Assembly: GCA_030037815.1 (NCBI GenBank)
Contig: JASHPZ010000062.1
Coordinates: 1-63,052 of the forward strand
DNA: 63,052 bases
Reading direction: 5' to 3'
Source of the DNA: Thermoplasmata archaeon
GTDB taxonomy: Archaea; Thermoplasmatota; Thermoplasmata; Lutacidiplasmatales; UBA184
Within the stretch, counting starts at the first letter, position 1. Each line of letters starts with the position of its first letter. This document shows, piece by piece, positions 27,601 to 37,416 of the stretch. The translations under genes and the position numbers were made by a program. The notes under the pieces were generated by a model. The model was not told the origin of the DNA. It ran no database searches and worked only from the letters and a program-made list of their open reading frames with translations.

Positions 27601-30600
27601 CGTGAACCGGACCGGGATGTTCGCGACCGGTTGTCCGTTCGCCTGCACGCTGAACGACACCAGGGTCGACGGCACGGCGGTGAGGTTGAGCGACTCCTGG
27701 GCGCCCGGGGCCGCGATGTCGACGGTCGGCCCGGGCGACCGCAACCCGGCGGAAGGCACGCTCGCCCAGACGGTGTAATTCCCGGGCCCGAGGTTCGTGA
27801 GGTTGAACCCGCCGGTCCCGTTCGTGTAGGCGGTCGCGTAGGTGCCGTTCGGGGTCCCGGCGGTGACGGTCGCGCCCGGAATCCCGACGCCGGACGACGA
27901 CGTCACGTTCCCGAAGATCCGGCCCGCCGGCAATCCGGCGGAGGAATTCACGGCCGCGCCGGGGGTGACGATCACCTCCGACTCCGAGTAGTTGTGCCCC
28001 TGGTAGACGACCGCCGAGTGGTAGGTTCCGGGGGCGACGTTCGCGAGGTTGAACGCGCCGCTCGCGTCGGTCGTGGCCGTCAGCCGCGACTGGTTCGTGT
28101 CGCCCCAGAGGACGAACTGGGCGCCCGGGGTGACCGTGTCCTTCACCGGGTCGTACGTCGTGTTGTTCGCGGTGTTCCAGTAGATCAGGCCCGAGACCGT
28201 GCCCGACGCGAGCTGGAACGTCTGGCTGATCGCGGGCGCCTGGAGGTTGTAGCCGAGCGCGTTCGGGACGTAGAAGGGGATCGTCTTGAGGATGATGTTC
28301 CCCTGCTGGCTCAGCCCCTGGAGCGTGCCCGCCGTCACGTTGATCGTGTCGTTCCCGGGCGGGAGGACGAGGGAGAACGAGCCGTCCGACGCGCTGACGG
28401 TCGTCATGTGCGGAATCCCCCACTGGTCGAACACGGTCACGCGGGCGCCGCCGACCGGCCCGCCGTTCGACGTCTCGAGGGTCCCGTAGAGGGTCTCACC
28501 GGGGTAGTAGGCGAGCATCGACTCGCCGCCCTGGAAGTAGCTCACCGCGGAGGTGTCGGCCGTGCCGTTGTTCGCCTTCGCGTTCGCGACGGCGGCGGGC
28601 TCGTTGGTCGCCGAGAAGCAGGCCGAGCCGTCGGTCGCGTTCGCCTGCGGGCAGTAGTAGGCCGTCTTGTAGACGACCATGAAGTGCTGGAGCATCCAGC
28701 CCGGCTCGAGCGGGGACGACTGGGCGGCGCCGGAGAGGCCCGGGATCCCGCCCGACAGCCCGACGTCGGTCCCGTTATAGCCGATGTAGATGTGGTAGAT
28801 CATCGAGTTGTAGAACGGTGCGAAATAGTTGATGTAGTAGTCGACCGCCGAGACCGTCGCGGGGAGCTGACCGGCCGGGTACGTCTGACCGTTCGAACCC
28901 AGGATCGTGACGTTGAAGTAGGTCGAGGGGAGGCCCGCGTCGTCGATCACGCGGCCCGTCAGGTCCGCCGGTGCGTAGTAGATGCCCGTGTCGGTCCCGC
29001 TGAACGGGAACAGGCGGGTGTCGCTCATCGCGTACCGGATCGACCAGCCGGTGTACGCCTGGACGTCGTTGTAGACGCGCGAGATCCCCGTGAGGGTGAG
29101 CGAGTTCGCGAGGTACCACTCGGTCGCGATGTACATCGCGTTGTCGTCCGTCAGCGTGGACGGGTCGACGGGGAGGTAGCGGCCGGGGTTGTTGACGACG
29201 AGGTTGTAGTCCGCGCTCGTGTTGACGAGGAGGTTGTGGAACTCGGTGAGGTTCACGCCGTCGACCGCGAGCATCTGGTTGAGCGCGGTCGGGAGGTACG
29301 GGAGGCCGGAGGCCTTCTGCTCCGCCTGCAAGAGGGTGACCGCGAGGACGGCGATCGCCTGCGACTCGTTCTGGGAGAGCAGGAACTGGCCCGCCGGGTC
29401 GATGCCGTTCTGGAAGTTGTCGGCGACGCTCGGGTGGTCGCCCTGGTCGATCGCCTGGAACCCGTAGTCCCACCAACTGATGAACGCCGGACGGTTCGAC
29501 GGCGCGACGTTCGTATCCTGCTGCGCGAGCCAGTTGTAGCCGGCGCTATCGTACTGGTTCGGGGTGTCGAGCGAGCTGCCCGCGGCGCCGAAGTAGTTCG
29601 AGGCCGGCGCGGAGGAGTTGAGGCTCAGCCACGACGGGATCGTCTTCGCCACCTGGGCCGCGAACTGGTCCTTCGTGTTCCCCGGGATCCCCGCGTCGAT
29701 CGAGATCCAGATGTTCGGGAGAAGCAGCGCCACCACGACGCCGATGATCACGACGTGGCGCACCTTGAACGACTTCCGGAACGCGGAGAACTGGCTCCGC
29801 CGGTCGGAGAGCGACGCGACGTTGCGCCGGAGCTCCGGGTACCGTCCGACCTCGAGGGCGCGGCGGATCGCCTCCGCCGGCAACAGCGCGAACGCGGGCG
29901 AGCCGAGGAGGAAGAACTTCGACGCCGAGATCGGCAGGTAGATCGACAGGATCGCGAAGACGAGGAAGACGAGGAGGTACCGCTTGAACCGGTGGTGGAC
30001 GGTGAGGTAGCCGAACAGCGCGAGCCCGACGAACGCGAGGAAGAACGTGAACACCCCGTAGCCGATGATCAGTTCGTCGATGGACGGCGCCTGCGCCTCC
30101 GCGACGGTCGAGTAGATCAGGGTCTTGACGAAGTACCCCTGCCCCGTGATCAGGCTCGTGAACAGGCTCGGGCGGAACACCGCGAGCGCGAGCGTCCCGA
30201 GCCCGAGGACGAGGACCATCAGCGGGATCGAGAACACCCACGGGATGTCCCGCATCAGGAGGAACGGGAGGAGCAGGATGAGGATCCCGAAGAAGAGCAG
30301 CGCCGGCAGGACGAAGAACGTCGCGAACCCCGGCGCCGACAACGAGCCGTACTGGGTGAGGTAGTACGGCATCTCCATCGGGAAGCCGACCAGCCCGACG
30401 ATCCACGTCACGACGTAGAGCCCGAACGAGTCGATCCGGCGGACCCGCTCGATGACCATCGCGACCAGGACGCCGACCCCGATGACCACGACGTCGTACG
30501 TGTACCCCTGCCAGGCGAGGGCGAGGGCGCCGAGGGAGACGCCGGTGAAGACGGCCCATTTCACGGCCGTACGTTCGGTCCGTAGGAAGTTCCGCAAACC

Positions 30601-31224
30601 GGGCCAGTACTGCCGGGGGTCGCGGTAGCTCTCGATCCACCGCCGACTCCCGACCGCTTTGACCGTACGGATGTAGCCGTACAACACGACCAGGATGAGG
30701 AACGTGTAGAACGAGAGGTAGTTCGCGTACCCGAAGATCGACGAGTCGATGCTGGCGCTCAGGAACGGGAAGATCAGGACCGCGATGAGGCCGGTCCGGC
30801 GCCCGCTCACCTCGCGTCCGATCAGGTAGATCGGGAACACGGAGAGCGCGGCCCACAGCGGCGCCTGGAGGTCGAGGAACCACGCGCCCGCGACGACGGC
30901 GTTCCCGCCGAAGAACGGGGCGAACAGGAGCCCCAGGATGGCGTTCATCCAGTCGAACAGCGGCTCCCGCGGGTTGATCGCCCCGACCGGGAACCGGAGC
31001 ATCGGGTCGCGGACGAGGTTGTGGTGCGTGAGGATGATGTACTGCATCACCCGCGAGTGGTAGTACGAATCGGAGCCGCCGGCGTAGGTGTAGAGCGGGC
31101 CGTACTGCGCGATGATCGGGTAGGCGAAGATCGTCCGGATCGCGAGGGTTAGCCCGAACGCGGTCAGCAGGATCGCGACCGTCCACCCGTGACGGCTCCA
31201 CCAACCCGGCTGCGTCGTGTCCAT
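24607..31224 (-). CDS. aglB: Archaeal oligosaccharyltransferase AglB (STT3 family) fused to a ~1300-aa repeat-rich extracellular extension with a C-terminal TM anchor
   Basis: A single 2205-codon ORF. The multi-TM N-terminus carries [13 protein letters not shown] is encoded at nt 29461-29475 (aa 584-588). From about aa 910 there are at least 10 beta-sandwich repeats of the type TDxSGxFxLxxLxPGxYxV, then a CARDB/NEW3-like segment, a final hydrophobic helix and [10 protein letters not shown]. Confidence 0.9.
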   Translation of the reverse strand: MDTTQPGWWSRHGWTVAILLTAFGLTLAIRTIFAYPIIAQYGPLYTYAGGSDSYYHSRVMQYIILTHHNLVRDPMLRFPVGAINPREPLFDWMNAILGLLFAPFFGGNAVVAGAWFLDLQAPLWAALSVFPIYLIGREVSGRRTGLIAVLIFPFLSASIDSSIFGYANYLSFYTFLILVVLYGYIRTVKAVGSRRWIESYRDPRQYWPGLRNFLRTERTAVKWAVFTGVSLGALALAWQGYTYDVVVIGVGVLVAMVIERVRRIDSFGLYVVTWIVGLVGFPMEMPYYLTQYGSLSAPGFATFFVLPALLFFGILILLLPFLLMRDIPWVFSIPLMVLVLGLGTLALAVFRPSLFTSLITGQGYFVKTLIYSTVAEAQAPSIDELIIGYGVFTFFLAFVGLALFGYLTVHHRFKRYLLVFLVFAILSIYLPISASKFFLLGSPAFALLPAEAIRRALEVGRYPELRRNVASLSDRRSQFSAFRKSFKVRHVVIIGVVVALLLPNIWISIDAGIPGNTKDQFAAQVAKTIPSWLSLNSSAPASNYFGAAGSSLDTPNQYDSAGYNWLAQQDTNVAPSNRPAFISWWDYGFQAIDQGDHPSVADNFQNGIDPAGQFLLSQNESQAIAVLAVTLLQAEQKASGLPYLPTALNQMLAVDGVNLTEFHNLLVNTSADYNLVVNNPGRYLPVDPSTLTDDNAMYIATEWYLANSLTLTGISRVYNDVQAYTGWSIRYAMSDTRLFPFSGTDTGIYYAPADLTGRVIDDAGLPSTYFNVTILGSNGQTYPAGQLPATVSAVDYYINYFAPFYNSMIYHIYIGYNGTDVGLSGGIPGLSGAAQSSPLEPGWMLQHFMVVYKTAYYCPQANATDGSACFSATNEPAAVANAKANNGTADTSAVSYFQGGESMLAYYPGETLYGTLETSNGGPVGGARVTVFDQWGIPHMTTVSASDGSFSLVLPPGNDTINVTAGTLQGLSQQGNIILKTIPFYVPNALGYNLQAPAISQTFQLASGTVSGLIYWNTANNTTYDPVKDTVTPGAQFVLWGDTNQSRLTATTDASGAFNLANVAPGTYHSAVVYQGHNYSESEVIVTPGAAVNSSAGLPAGRIFGNVTSSSGVGIPGATVTAGTPNGTYATAYTNGTGGFNLTNLGPGNYTVWASVPSAGLRSPGPTVDIAAPGAQESLNLTAVPSTLVSFSVQANGQPVANIPVRFTPIATFGNQTTSPLSAIEAGLANATVVTTGPNGGATVALPAGQYAVYAVGYVGSQLYAGVSSVSTPAGLATVVPTLQLTPAVSLSGTVSAVGSSGANETVVTAYAPSGGQVTTIAAASGGYSLLLPAGSYGVLSLTGASTPGTPLYAAIAPVTLTGTTRLSLTPSSAVTAHFSVGATLGSGAFYPAADAAVTISAGPTGPAVPLVADANGSVTAYLPTTLPLSAPSYCVGATSLGFRSASTCGISPNGLASMSSYPLTIQTVPTNLTVLGLPSGTTVTVNFTAESTTAVSVINLTGGPRFSLALAPGVYGVGAKAVIGNGTVVYLPSQVLSTTIPFGATRSTLTLTLLYQVNSTGTLALPSGVPIANVTVALSSPLLNLSTNGTDYTTDGFYAAPGTYTATVTGTGGGTTYSNVTRVTVSSTGTITPKVVLNRAGLAVTGALTGASGASLSLNTTLTLVGPGGSRIVTSVNNGAFTATLPPNQTYFGFANASGTVIGPNGTYNAAWSSAAGASCTVTPSSERCAISMVGRTLPVFLNGTLTSPGVPGRVPGSLRLLGPYPTDNITVVSTTNGSFSAAVLPGAYSVYASGGSGAEPLGGFASLLLLPSSVGNASIVLSPTWTDTISVTNPNASGATAGPASVYVQDPFGRVTLFKNVTPGAPITIGLPVGVYSISAVAPGSLNGVVSNAVAHQSVRVTNSNLGTVLALAVPTLERAGGTLVGPTSATVAGGGVATFGYTVRDAGNVPIMVQAVGSPAYWTFNFTNPWVNLTPNGPTASGEVRITVPTGTPVNHPNVLIEFETANGTIVGSVSPSPQIKVLGYYGVSIGKSTQGVTVSPTSAVVPFYVANSGNQGETVLLTIVDQARLSGLGWSATIGATSAGQGPTRYIAAGVNTTQRVNLTTTTSAFAPPVSVTVEATVLNASGAVQSTVTIGVPTVAIRPSPSPGQPQFTVTGPSVGSPPNALPDWVVPVLVFVPSLVLIAAVVTYRWWRTRRWTRR

Positions 31225-31272
31225 GCGTGGCCGGGACTCCTGGGAACCGGCGGCGCGCGAGACCTAGGGGGG

Positions 31273-31282
31273 CTATAAATAG
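31273..31282 (-). promoter_or_regulatory. TATA box candidate (CTATTTATAG on the minus strand) for aglB
   Basis: A strong AT island 50-58 nt upstream of the aglB ATG at 31224. Confidence 0.45.
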
Positions 31283-31351
31283 GCTACTATCGGAAACCAC
31301 CGTACGGCGCGACGCGCGCCAACCGGTAGCGGTCCGGAGCTCATCCGGTCG

Positions 31352-31891
31352 CTAGTCCACCACGCGGAATCGGTAGAACCACCGGCCGTCACCGACATCG
31401 TACGGCTCGACCCGGACCGCGAGACCGATGGCGAGGTCGGCCCACGGCCGCCCCTCGATCCGTCCAAACAGACGCAGCGGGACTCCGTCCAGGTCCACCA
31501 GACCGACCGCGAACGGCACATCGGCCTCCATCCCCATCGGCGCCCCCGCGAGGACCGCGCTGAACGCGTAGATGCGTCCGGATTCGGGAAGGTCGACCCA
31601 GGAGAGCTCTTCGGAGTGACACCGCGGGCACGCCGTCCGGGGCGGCCAGTGAAGGAGGTCGTCCCGCGCGCACCGCGTCGTCGAGAGCCGCCCGGCCGCG
31701 AGGCGCTCGAAGAACCGGGCGAGGCGGGTGTCCTTCTCGGACTCGAGCGGCACGAAGTCGAGGAGGAACGGCCGGGCCGGCCCCGACTTCCGCTCGGTGG
31801 GCGGGGCCGGGTCGGCGCGGGGGGGCGACGACGCGTCGGGCGTCGGCGCGTCTCCCGTCGACGTTCGGCGCCGCGGGAGGTCGACCGTCAC
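31352..31891 (-). CDS. DUF35 OB-fold/zinc-ribbon protein (thiolase partner), copy 1
   Basis: The zinc ribbon is CARDDLLHWPPRTACPRC, followed by an OB-fold tail (VPFAVGLVDLDGV). The GTG at 31891 overlaps the thiolase TGA (GTGA). Confidence 0.75.
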   Translation of the reverse strand: MTVDLPRRRTSTGDAPTPDASSPPRADPAPPTERKSGPARPFLLDFVPLESEKDTRLARFFERLAAGRLSTTRCARDDLLHWPPRTACPRCHSEELSWVDLPESGRIYAFSAVLAGAPMGMEADVPFAVGLVDLDGVPLRLFGRIEGRPWADLAIGLAVRVEPYDVGDGRWFYRFRVVD

Positions 31892-33066
31892 GCGGCGCCT
31901 CCGCGCTGGTAGACCATGACCGAATGGACGTTCGCGCTGCCGGAGAGGTTGTGGACGAGCGCCCACTCCGCGTTCTCCGCCGGTCGTGCGGCGGTGCCGG
32001 AGAGCTGCCGGAACACCTCGACCGCCTGCGCGACCCCGGTCGCGCCGAGCGGGTGGCCGCAACCGAGGAGTCCGCCCCGCGGGTTGACGACCAGGTCGCC
32101 GCCGAGGTCGCCGCGGCCGTCGGTGGCGAACGTGCCGCCCTGGCCCGGCGGGCAGAGGCCGAGCGCTTCGTACTCGACGATCTCCGAGATCGTGAAGCAG
32201 TCGTGCACTTCCGCGACGTCGACGTCGCGGATGCCGATCTTCGCCCGGCCGAGCGCCTCGTGGGCGGCTCGGGTCAACCCGGGCCACTCCGTCAGCGACC
32301 CCGCGTTCGCGAGATTGTGGAAATCCGAATATTGGCCCGTGCCCCGGATCCACGCCGGGGTCCGGGTGTACCGGCGCACGTGGTCCTCGCTCGCGAGCAC
32401 CACGGCGGCCGCTCCGTCCGTCATGGACGAGCAGTCTCCCAACCGCAGCGGCGGGGCGATGACCGGGAGCCGGAGGAGCTTCTCGCGGCTGAACGTCTTC
32501 TCGTAGAACTGGGAGTGCGGGTTCGCGTTCGCGAACCGGTGGTTCTTCTCGGAGACGGCGGCGAGCGCCTCCTCGGTCGTCCCGTGTTCGAGCATGTGGC
32601 GCTGCGCGACCATCGCGAAGAACGGCGGCGCGGTCGCACCGGCCGGTCCGTCCCAGGCGCGGTCCATCACGCACGCCATCGACGCGTTCGCCTCGGCCAT
32701 CGAGGGAAGGTTCATCTTCTCGACCCCGACCGCGACCGCGACGTCCGAGAGGCCCGACGCGATCGCGGCGTACGCCGAACGGATCGCGGACTGGCCGGAG
32801 GCGCAGGCGAGCTCGGTCCGCTGGATGATCCGGTGCGGTCGGAGGCCCATCTGCTCCGCCGCGAGGGGGGCCACGTGGGATTGGAACGCAAATCGCTCGG
32901 GTTCGGCGGCGCCGACGAACAACGAGTCGACGTCCTCGGTCGTCAGCGCCGGGACCTCCCGGAACAGGGCGGCGCCGACCTCCTGCGCGAGCTCGGCCCA
33001 GGTGAGCGGTCGGACCCCGAACTTCGTGGTCGCGCCGCCGACGATCGCGACCGCCCGACCCGTCAT
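31888..33066 (-). CDS. Thiolase-family protein (SCP-x / acetyl-CoA C-acyltransferase-like), copy 1
   Basis: Active-site Cys context [13 protein letters not shown]-terminal motifs [17 protein letters not shown] and GSANVHSV. The ATG at 33066 overlaps the upstream stop (ATGA). Confidence 0.85.
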   Translation of the reverse strand: MTGRAVAIVGGATTKFGVRPLTWAELAQEVGAALFREVPALTTEDVDSLFVGAAEPERFAFQSHVAPLAAEQMGLRPHRIIQRTELACASGQSAIRSAYAAIASGLSDVAVAVGVEKMNLPSMAEANASMACVMDRAWDGPAGATAPPFFAMVAQRHMLEHGTTEEALAAVSEKNHRFANANPHSQFYEKTFSREKLLRLPVIAPPLRLGDCSSMTDGAAAVVLASEDHVRRYTRTPAWIRGTGQYSDFHNLANAGSLTEWPGLTRAAHEALGRAKIGIRDVDVAEVHDCFTISEIVEYEALGLCPPGQGGTFATDGRGDLGGDLVVNPRGGLLGCGHPLGATGVAQAVEVFRQLSGTAARPAENAEWALVHNLSGSANVHSVMVYQRGGAA

Positions 33067-34196
33067 CGCGCCTCCCCCCGGACCGCCGCCGCGACGAGGT
33101 CTCCCGCCGCGCTGGTCGACACCGAGCCTCCCTGGTCGTAGGTCTTCGCCGCGCCGCGGGCGAGCGTCCGCGCGACCGCGGACTCGAGGCGGTCGGCCTG
33201 GCCCGTGAGCCGCCGGTCGGCGTGCCGGTCGCCAAGCCACCGGAGCATCTGTTCGACCGCAAAGAACGTCGCGAACGGGTTCACCTGGTTCTTCCCCGCG
33301 TACTTCGGGGCCGAGCCGTGGACCGGCTCGAACATCCCGTGGGCGCTTCCGATGTTGCCGCCGGAGGCGAACCCCATTCCGCCCTGGAGGACCGCGGCGA
33401 GGTCGGTGATGATGTCGCCCATCATGTTGGGCGCGACGACCACGTTGTAGTGTTCCGGGTTCCGCACGAGCCACTGCGTGAACGCGTCCACGTAGGCGTA
33501 GTCGCGCGGGATCTCGGAGTACTCCTGCCCGACCCGGTCGAACGTCTCGCGGAAGAATCGGCACCCTTCGAGCACGTTCGCCTTGTCGACGCAGGTGACT
33601 CGGCGCACGCCGTCCTCGGGGGCGCCGCGCGCGCGGGCCCGCGCGAGCTCGAACGCGTACCGGATCACGCGCTCGGCGCCCTTCCGCGTGATCAGCCGCG
33701 TGTCGACGGCGACCTCCGTCTCGCCGCCACGGGTCAATCGGCCCCGGGCGGGCGTGTAGAGGTCCTCCGTGTTCTCGCGGACGATGACCATGTCGACGTT
33801 CTTCGGGTCCCAGACGGTCCGGTACTCGCCGCTGATCCGGTGGGTCACGCCCGGGTAGAGTCGGCAGGGCCGGACGTTCGCGTAGAGGTCGAGCCCCTCC
33901 CGGAGCCCCAGGACGAGCGCGCGCCCGGCGATGTCACCGTTGGGCAGCGTCGCGCCCGGCCACCCGACGGCCCCCAAGAGGATCGCGTCCGCCCGGTGGG
34001 CGGCCTCCTCGGCCGCGGGCTCCCACTCCTTCCCGGCCTTCAGGTAGTACTGGCCCCCGCCGGGATACTCCGTCGGATGCCACGGCGCCGGCCCGTTCTC
34101 GCCGAGCGCGGCCAACACCTTGAGCCCCTCGCGGACGACCTCCGGGCCCGTGCCGTCGCCGCCGAAGACGGCGACCTCGTACCCGGCGTCCTTCAT
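33063..34196 (-). CDS. leuB: 3-isopropylmalate dehydrogenase family protein (LeuB / homoisocitrate / tartrate dehydrogenase-like)
   Basis: Motifs [19 protein letters not shown] and [14 protein letters not shown]. 377 aa. ATGA overlap with leuD. Substrate cannot be assigned by eye. Confidence 0.8.
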   Translation of the reverse strand: MKDAGYEVAVFGGDGTGPEVVREGLKVLAALGENGPAPWHPTEYPGGGQYYLKAGKEWEPAAEEAAHRADAILLGAVGWPGATLPNGDIAGRALVLGLREGLDLYANVRPCRLYPGVTHRISGEYRTVWDPKNVDMVIVRENTEDLYTPARGRLTRGGETEVAVDTRLITRKGAERVIRYAFELARARARGAPEDGVRRVTCVDKANVLEGCRFFRETFDRVGQEYSEIPRDYAYVDAFTQWLVRNPEHYNVVVAPNMMGDIITDLAAVLQGGMGFASGGNIGSAHGMFEPVHGSAPKYAGKNQVNPFATFFAVEQMLRWLGDRHADRRLTGQADRLESAVARTLARGAAKTYDQGGSVSTSAAGDLVAAAVRGEAR

Positions 34197-34720
34197 GGGG
34201 CGGCCCTCGCCGCCGCCTTCTGCGCCTCGAGCTCGCGCCGGACCTTCTCGACCAGTCCCCCGGCCTCCAACAGCTCGAGCAGGTGGGACGGCAGGGGCGG
34301 AAACTCGATCGAGCGTCCGGTGCGGAGGTTGGTGATCCGTCCCTTCCGCATCTCGATCCGGGCGATTTCGCCCTTCTCGAATAGGGCGCGGACGCCGCGG
34401 GCCTCGATCGTCGGGAGCCCGAGGTTGATCGCGTTGCGGAAGAAGATCCGCGCGAACGAGTCGGCGACCACCGCGCCGACGCCAATCGCGCGCATCGCCT
34501 GGGGGGCGTGCTCGCGGCTCGAGCCGCACCCGAAGTTCTCGTCGGCGACCAGGATGTCGCCCGGCCGCGCCTCCTGAGCGAACTCGGGGAGCGCGATCTC
34601 GAAGACGTGCTTCTTGAGCTCGTTCGGGTCGATGATCGTGAGGTACTTGCCCGAGATGATCTGGTCGGTGTCGACGTCGTGCGGCAGCGTCCAGACGCGG
34701 CCTTCGATGACCTCCTGCAT
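34193..34720 (-). CDS. leuD: 3-isopropylmalate (or homoaconitate) dehydratase small subunit
   Basis: Motifs [13 protein letters not shown] and [12 protein letters not shown]. 175 aa (archaeal short type). Confidence 0.85.
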   Translation of the reverse strand: MQEVIEGRVWTLPHDVDTDQIISGKYLTIIDPNELKKHVFEIALPEFAQEARPGDILVADENFGCGSSREHAPQAMRAIGVGAVVADSFARIFFRNAINLGLPTIEARGVRALFEKGEIARIEMRKGRITNLRTGRSIEFPPLPSHLLELLEAGGLVEKVRRELEAQKAAARAAP

Positions 34721-34728
34721 CCGTCCCC

Positions 34729-36012
34729 CTAGACCAGGTCGCGCGGGTCCGCGACCTCGCCGCGGATCGCGCTCGCGACCACCGCAGCCGGCGACATCAG
34801 GTAGATGCGGGCCTCCTTCGCACCCATCCGCCCGGGGAAGTTGCGGTTGGACGACGAGGCGCATGCCTCCTCGGGGGCGAGGATCCCCATGTTCCCCCCG
34901 AAGCAGGCGGAGCAGCTCGAGTTCGTGAACACCGCGCCCGCCTCGGTGAACACCTCGATCAGCCCCTCCTTGAGGCACTGCTCGTAGATCGGCGTGGAGG
35001 CCGGCGAGACGATGAACCGAACGCCCTTCGCGACCGTGTGGCCCTTCATCAGCGCGGCCCCTTCACGGATGTCCTCGATGCGGGCGTTGGTGCACGAGCC
35101 GAGGAACGCCTGGTCGATCGTCACGTGCTCCCGCGCGACGTCGCTCAACGGGCGGACGTTGTCCGGCGAGTAGGGGCAGGCGACCATCGGCGGCATGTCG
35201 TCCACGTCGATCCGGATCGTCCGCTCGTACGACGCGTCCCGGTCGGGCTGCGTCGGGTGCATCGGATGCTTCGCGATCTTCTCGAGGTACTCGTAGGTCT
35301 TCGAGTCGGGCGCCACCATGCCCGCCTTCGCGCCCATCTCGGTCGTCATGTTGCAGATCGTGAACCGTTCGGGCATCGAGAGGCCCTCGACGGTCGACCC
35401 GCCGAACTCGACCGCCTTGTACGTCGCGCCGGTCGTCTTGACCTCGCCGAGCACGCGCAAGACGAGGTCCTTCGCGGTCACGCCTTTCCCCAGCCGGCCG
35501 TTCACCTCGATGCGGATCGTCGGCGGCACCTTGAGCCACAGCCGACCGAGCGCGAGGACGGCCGCCATCTCGGTCGGGCCGACTCCGGCGGCGACGGCGC
35601 CCATCGCGCCTAGCATGTTCGTGTGCGAGTCGGTGCCGACGGCGAGGTCCCCGGGGACGACCCAGCCGTTCTCGGCGAGGATCTGGTGGCAGATCCCGTG
35701 GCGGCCGACGTCGTAGAAGTGGGGGAGGTTCACCTCCGCGGCGAACTTGCGGAGGATGCGGTGCAGGACGGCGGCGCCCTCGGTGGACGCCGGCACCCAA
35801 TGGTCGATCGCAATCACGACGCGGTCCGGGTCCCAGACCTTCTCCGCGCCCATCTGGTGGAACGGCGCGACCGTTTGCGCGCCCTGTTCGTGCATCATCG
35901 CCAGGTCGACGTTCCCCTCGACGATCTGGCCCGGGACGACCCGGTCGAGGCCCGCGGACCGTGCGAGGATCTTTTCGGCCAGCGTCTGCCCGTGTCCGTT
36001 GGAGTTCGTCAT
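34729..36012 (-). CDS. leuC: 3-isopropylmalate (or homoaconitate) dehydratase large subunit
   Basis: Aconitase-family motifs VGTDSHT, GSCTNARIED and CSACFG. 427 aa. The ATG overlaps the upstream stop (ATGA). Confidence 0.88.
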   Translation of the reverse strand: MTNSNGHGQTLAEKILARSAGLDRVVPGQIVEGNVDLAMMHEQGAQTVAPFHQMGAEKVWDPDRVVIAIDHWVPASTEGAAVLHRILRKFAAEVNLPHFYDVGRHGICHQILAENGWVVPGDLAVGTDSHTNMLGAMGAVAAGVGPTEMAAVLALGRLWLKVPPTIRIEVNGRLGKGVTAKDLVLRVLGEVKTTGATYKAVEFGGSTVEGLSMPERFTICNMTTEMGAKAGMVAPDSKTYEYLEKIAKHPMHPTQPDRDASYERTIRIDVDDMPPMVACPYSPDNVRPLSDVAREHVTIDQAFLGSCTNARIEDIREGAALMKGHTVAKGVRFIVSPASTPIYEQCLKEGLIEVFTEAGAVFTNSSCSACFGGNMGILAPEEACASSSNRNFPGRMGAKEARIYLMSPAAVVASAIRGEVADPRDLV

Positions 36013-37256
36013 GCGTTCGCCGCCCGGATCCCGACCGCGTCCACCATCGTCCAGAACTCCTCGTCGGAGAGGCCGGGCCGCTCGAACAGCGCCCGGTACT
36101 CGTGGAGGAACCGCTGGAGGTCCTCCTTCGAGCGCGCCTCCGTCTCGGTCTTCACGCGGTCGAGGAGCTCGAGGAGGAGGGCGTCCGGCGCGGTCAGTCC
36201 GCGCTCCTTGAGCTTCTCCACGATCGCCGCCTTGCCGGTGTGCTTGCCGAGGATCATCTGGCGGTGGCGGCCGACCAGCTCGGGCTGGATCGGCTCGTAG
36301 GTGAGGGTGTTCGCGAGGATGCCGTGCGTGTGGATGCCGGCTTCGTGCGAGAACGCGTTGTACCCGACCAGGGCCTTGTTCGCCGCGACGGGGACCCCCG
36401 AGAGCTCCTCCACGAGGCGGGAAAGCTCGTGCATCCGCTCGGTACGGATCCCCGTCCGGACGTGGTAGAGCGACTCGAGGCCGAGCACGACCTCCTCGAA
36501 GGAGGCGTTGCCGGCCCGCTCGCCGAGCCCGTTCACGCACACCTGCGGGGCGACGGCGCCGACCTCGACCGCGGTCAGGGTGTTCGCGGTGGCGAGTCCG
36601 AAGTCGTTGTGGCAGTGGACGGAGAGGTCCTTCGGTCGGACCCGGAGGAGGAACTCCTTCAGGAACCAGCGGAACGTCAACGGCGTCATGATGCCGACCG
36701 TGTCGGCCACCACGAGGCGGTCGGCCCCGGCCTCCTGGACCGCGCGGTAGAGTCGCTCGACGAAGTCGAACGGAGCGCGGACGGTGTCCTCGGTGACGTA
36801 GGCGACGTGGAGGCCCGCCTCCTTCGCGCGGCGCACCGAGTCGACGGACGCGCGCAGAACTTCGTCCTGCGACATCTTGAGTTTGTACTTGAGGTGGACC
36901 TGGCTCGCCGCGACGAAGATCGCGATGTGGGTCGCGCCGCTCGCGATCACCGCGTCGACGTCCCGCGGTACGGTCCGCGCCGCGGCGAGGACGTGCGCCC
37001 GCAGTCCGGCGTGGGCGACCAGGTGCACCGCCCGCGCCTCCTCTTCGGAGACGACCGGTATGCCGGCGTTGAGGACCCCGACCCCCATTTCGCTCAGGAC
37101 GGTCGCGATGCGGAGCTTCTCTTCCGGCGTGAAGTGCACGCCGGGCGCCTGCTCCCCATCCCGGAGCGTTTCGTCCCACAGTTCCACCGTTTCGGGCAAA
37201 CGGCGCTTGTGCGCCGTCTCCGTGTGGTAGTCCTCGACGAGCCGCGGCTCGGCCAT
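36009..37256 (-). CDS. 2-isopropylmalate / homocitrate / citramalate synthase family enzyme (short form without the LeuA-dimer regulatory domain)
   Basis: Motifs [26 protein letters not shown] and GLGERAGNA. 415 aa. Confidence 0.85.
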   Translation of the reverse strand: MAEPRLVEDYHTETAHKRRLPETVELWDETLRDGEQAPGVHFTPEEKLRIATVLSEMGVGVLNAGIPVVSEEEARAVHLVAHAGLRAHVLAAARTVPRDVDAVIASGATHIAIFVAASQVHLKYKLKMSQDEVLRASVDSVRRAKEAGLHVAYVTEDTVRAPFDFVERLYRAVQEAGADRLVVADTVGIMTPLTFRWFLKEFLLRVRPKDLSVHCHNDFGLATANTLTAVEVGAVAPQVCVNGLGERAGNASFEEVVLGLESLYHVRTGIRTERMHELSRLVEELSGVPVAANKALVGYNAFSHEAGIHTHGILANTLTYEPIQPELVGRHRQMILGKHTGKAAIVEKLKERGLTAPDALLLELLDRVKTETEARSKEDLQRFLHEYRALFERPGLSDEEFWTMVDAVGIRAANA

Positions 37257-37416
37257 CGACTCTCCGACGGTGGGGGCCGCATTAACGTTTGTCGCGCCGA
37301 GCGAGCGGCGCGGGCGGCCCGGGGCGCGCCGTCGGCCGAAAACGCCGCCCATGCGTTAAATACGCCCCCGACCTGAAACGAGCAAAGTAGCGCGCGAGCG
37401 CTCTTCGGAAACCACG

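Noticed and set aside
24763-30585. 1940-aa ORF on the + strand, with further + strand ORFs at 24647..25072 and 25895..26431, spanning almost the whole aglB locus.
   Set aside because: It lies antisense to a gene with unmistakable AglB motifs. Its translation is Arg/Gly/Asp/Glu/Pro low-complexity sequence with no motif, which is the typical stop-poor shadow frame of a GC-rich coding region.
25205-31300. Minus-strand out-of-frame ORFs inside aglB (25205..28423, 28775..29476, 29546..31300).
   Set aside because: They are alternative frames of the same strand as aglB. The translations are Arg/Pro/Gly/His-rich junk, and the aglB frame alone carries the conserved motifs and hydrophobic helices.
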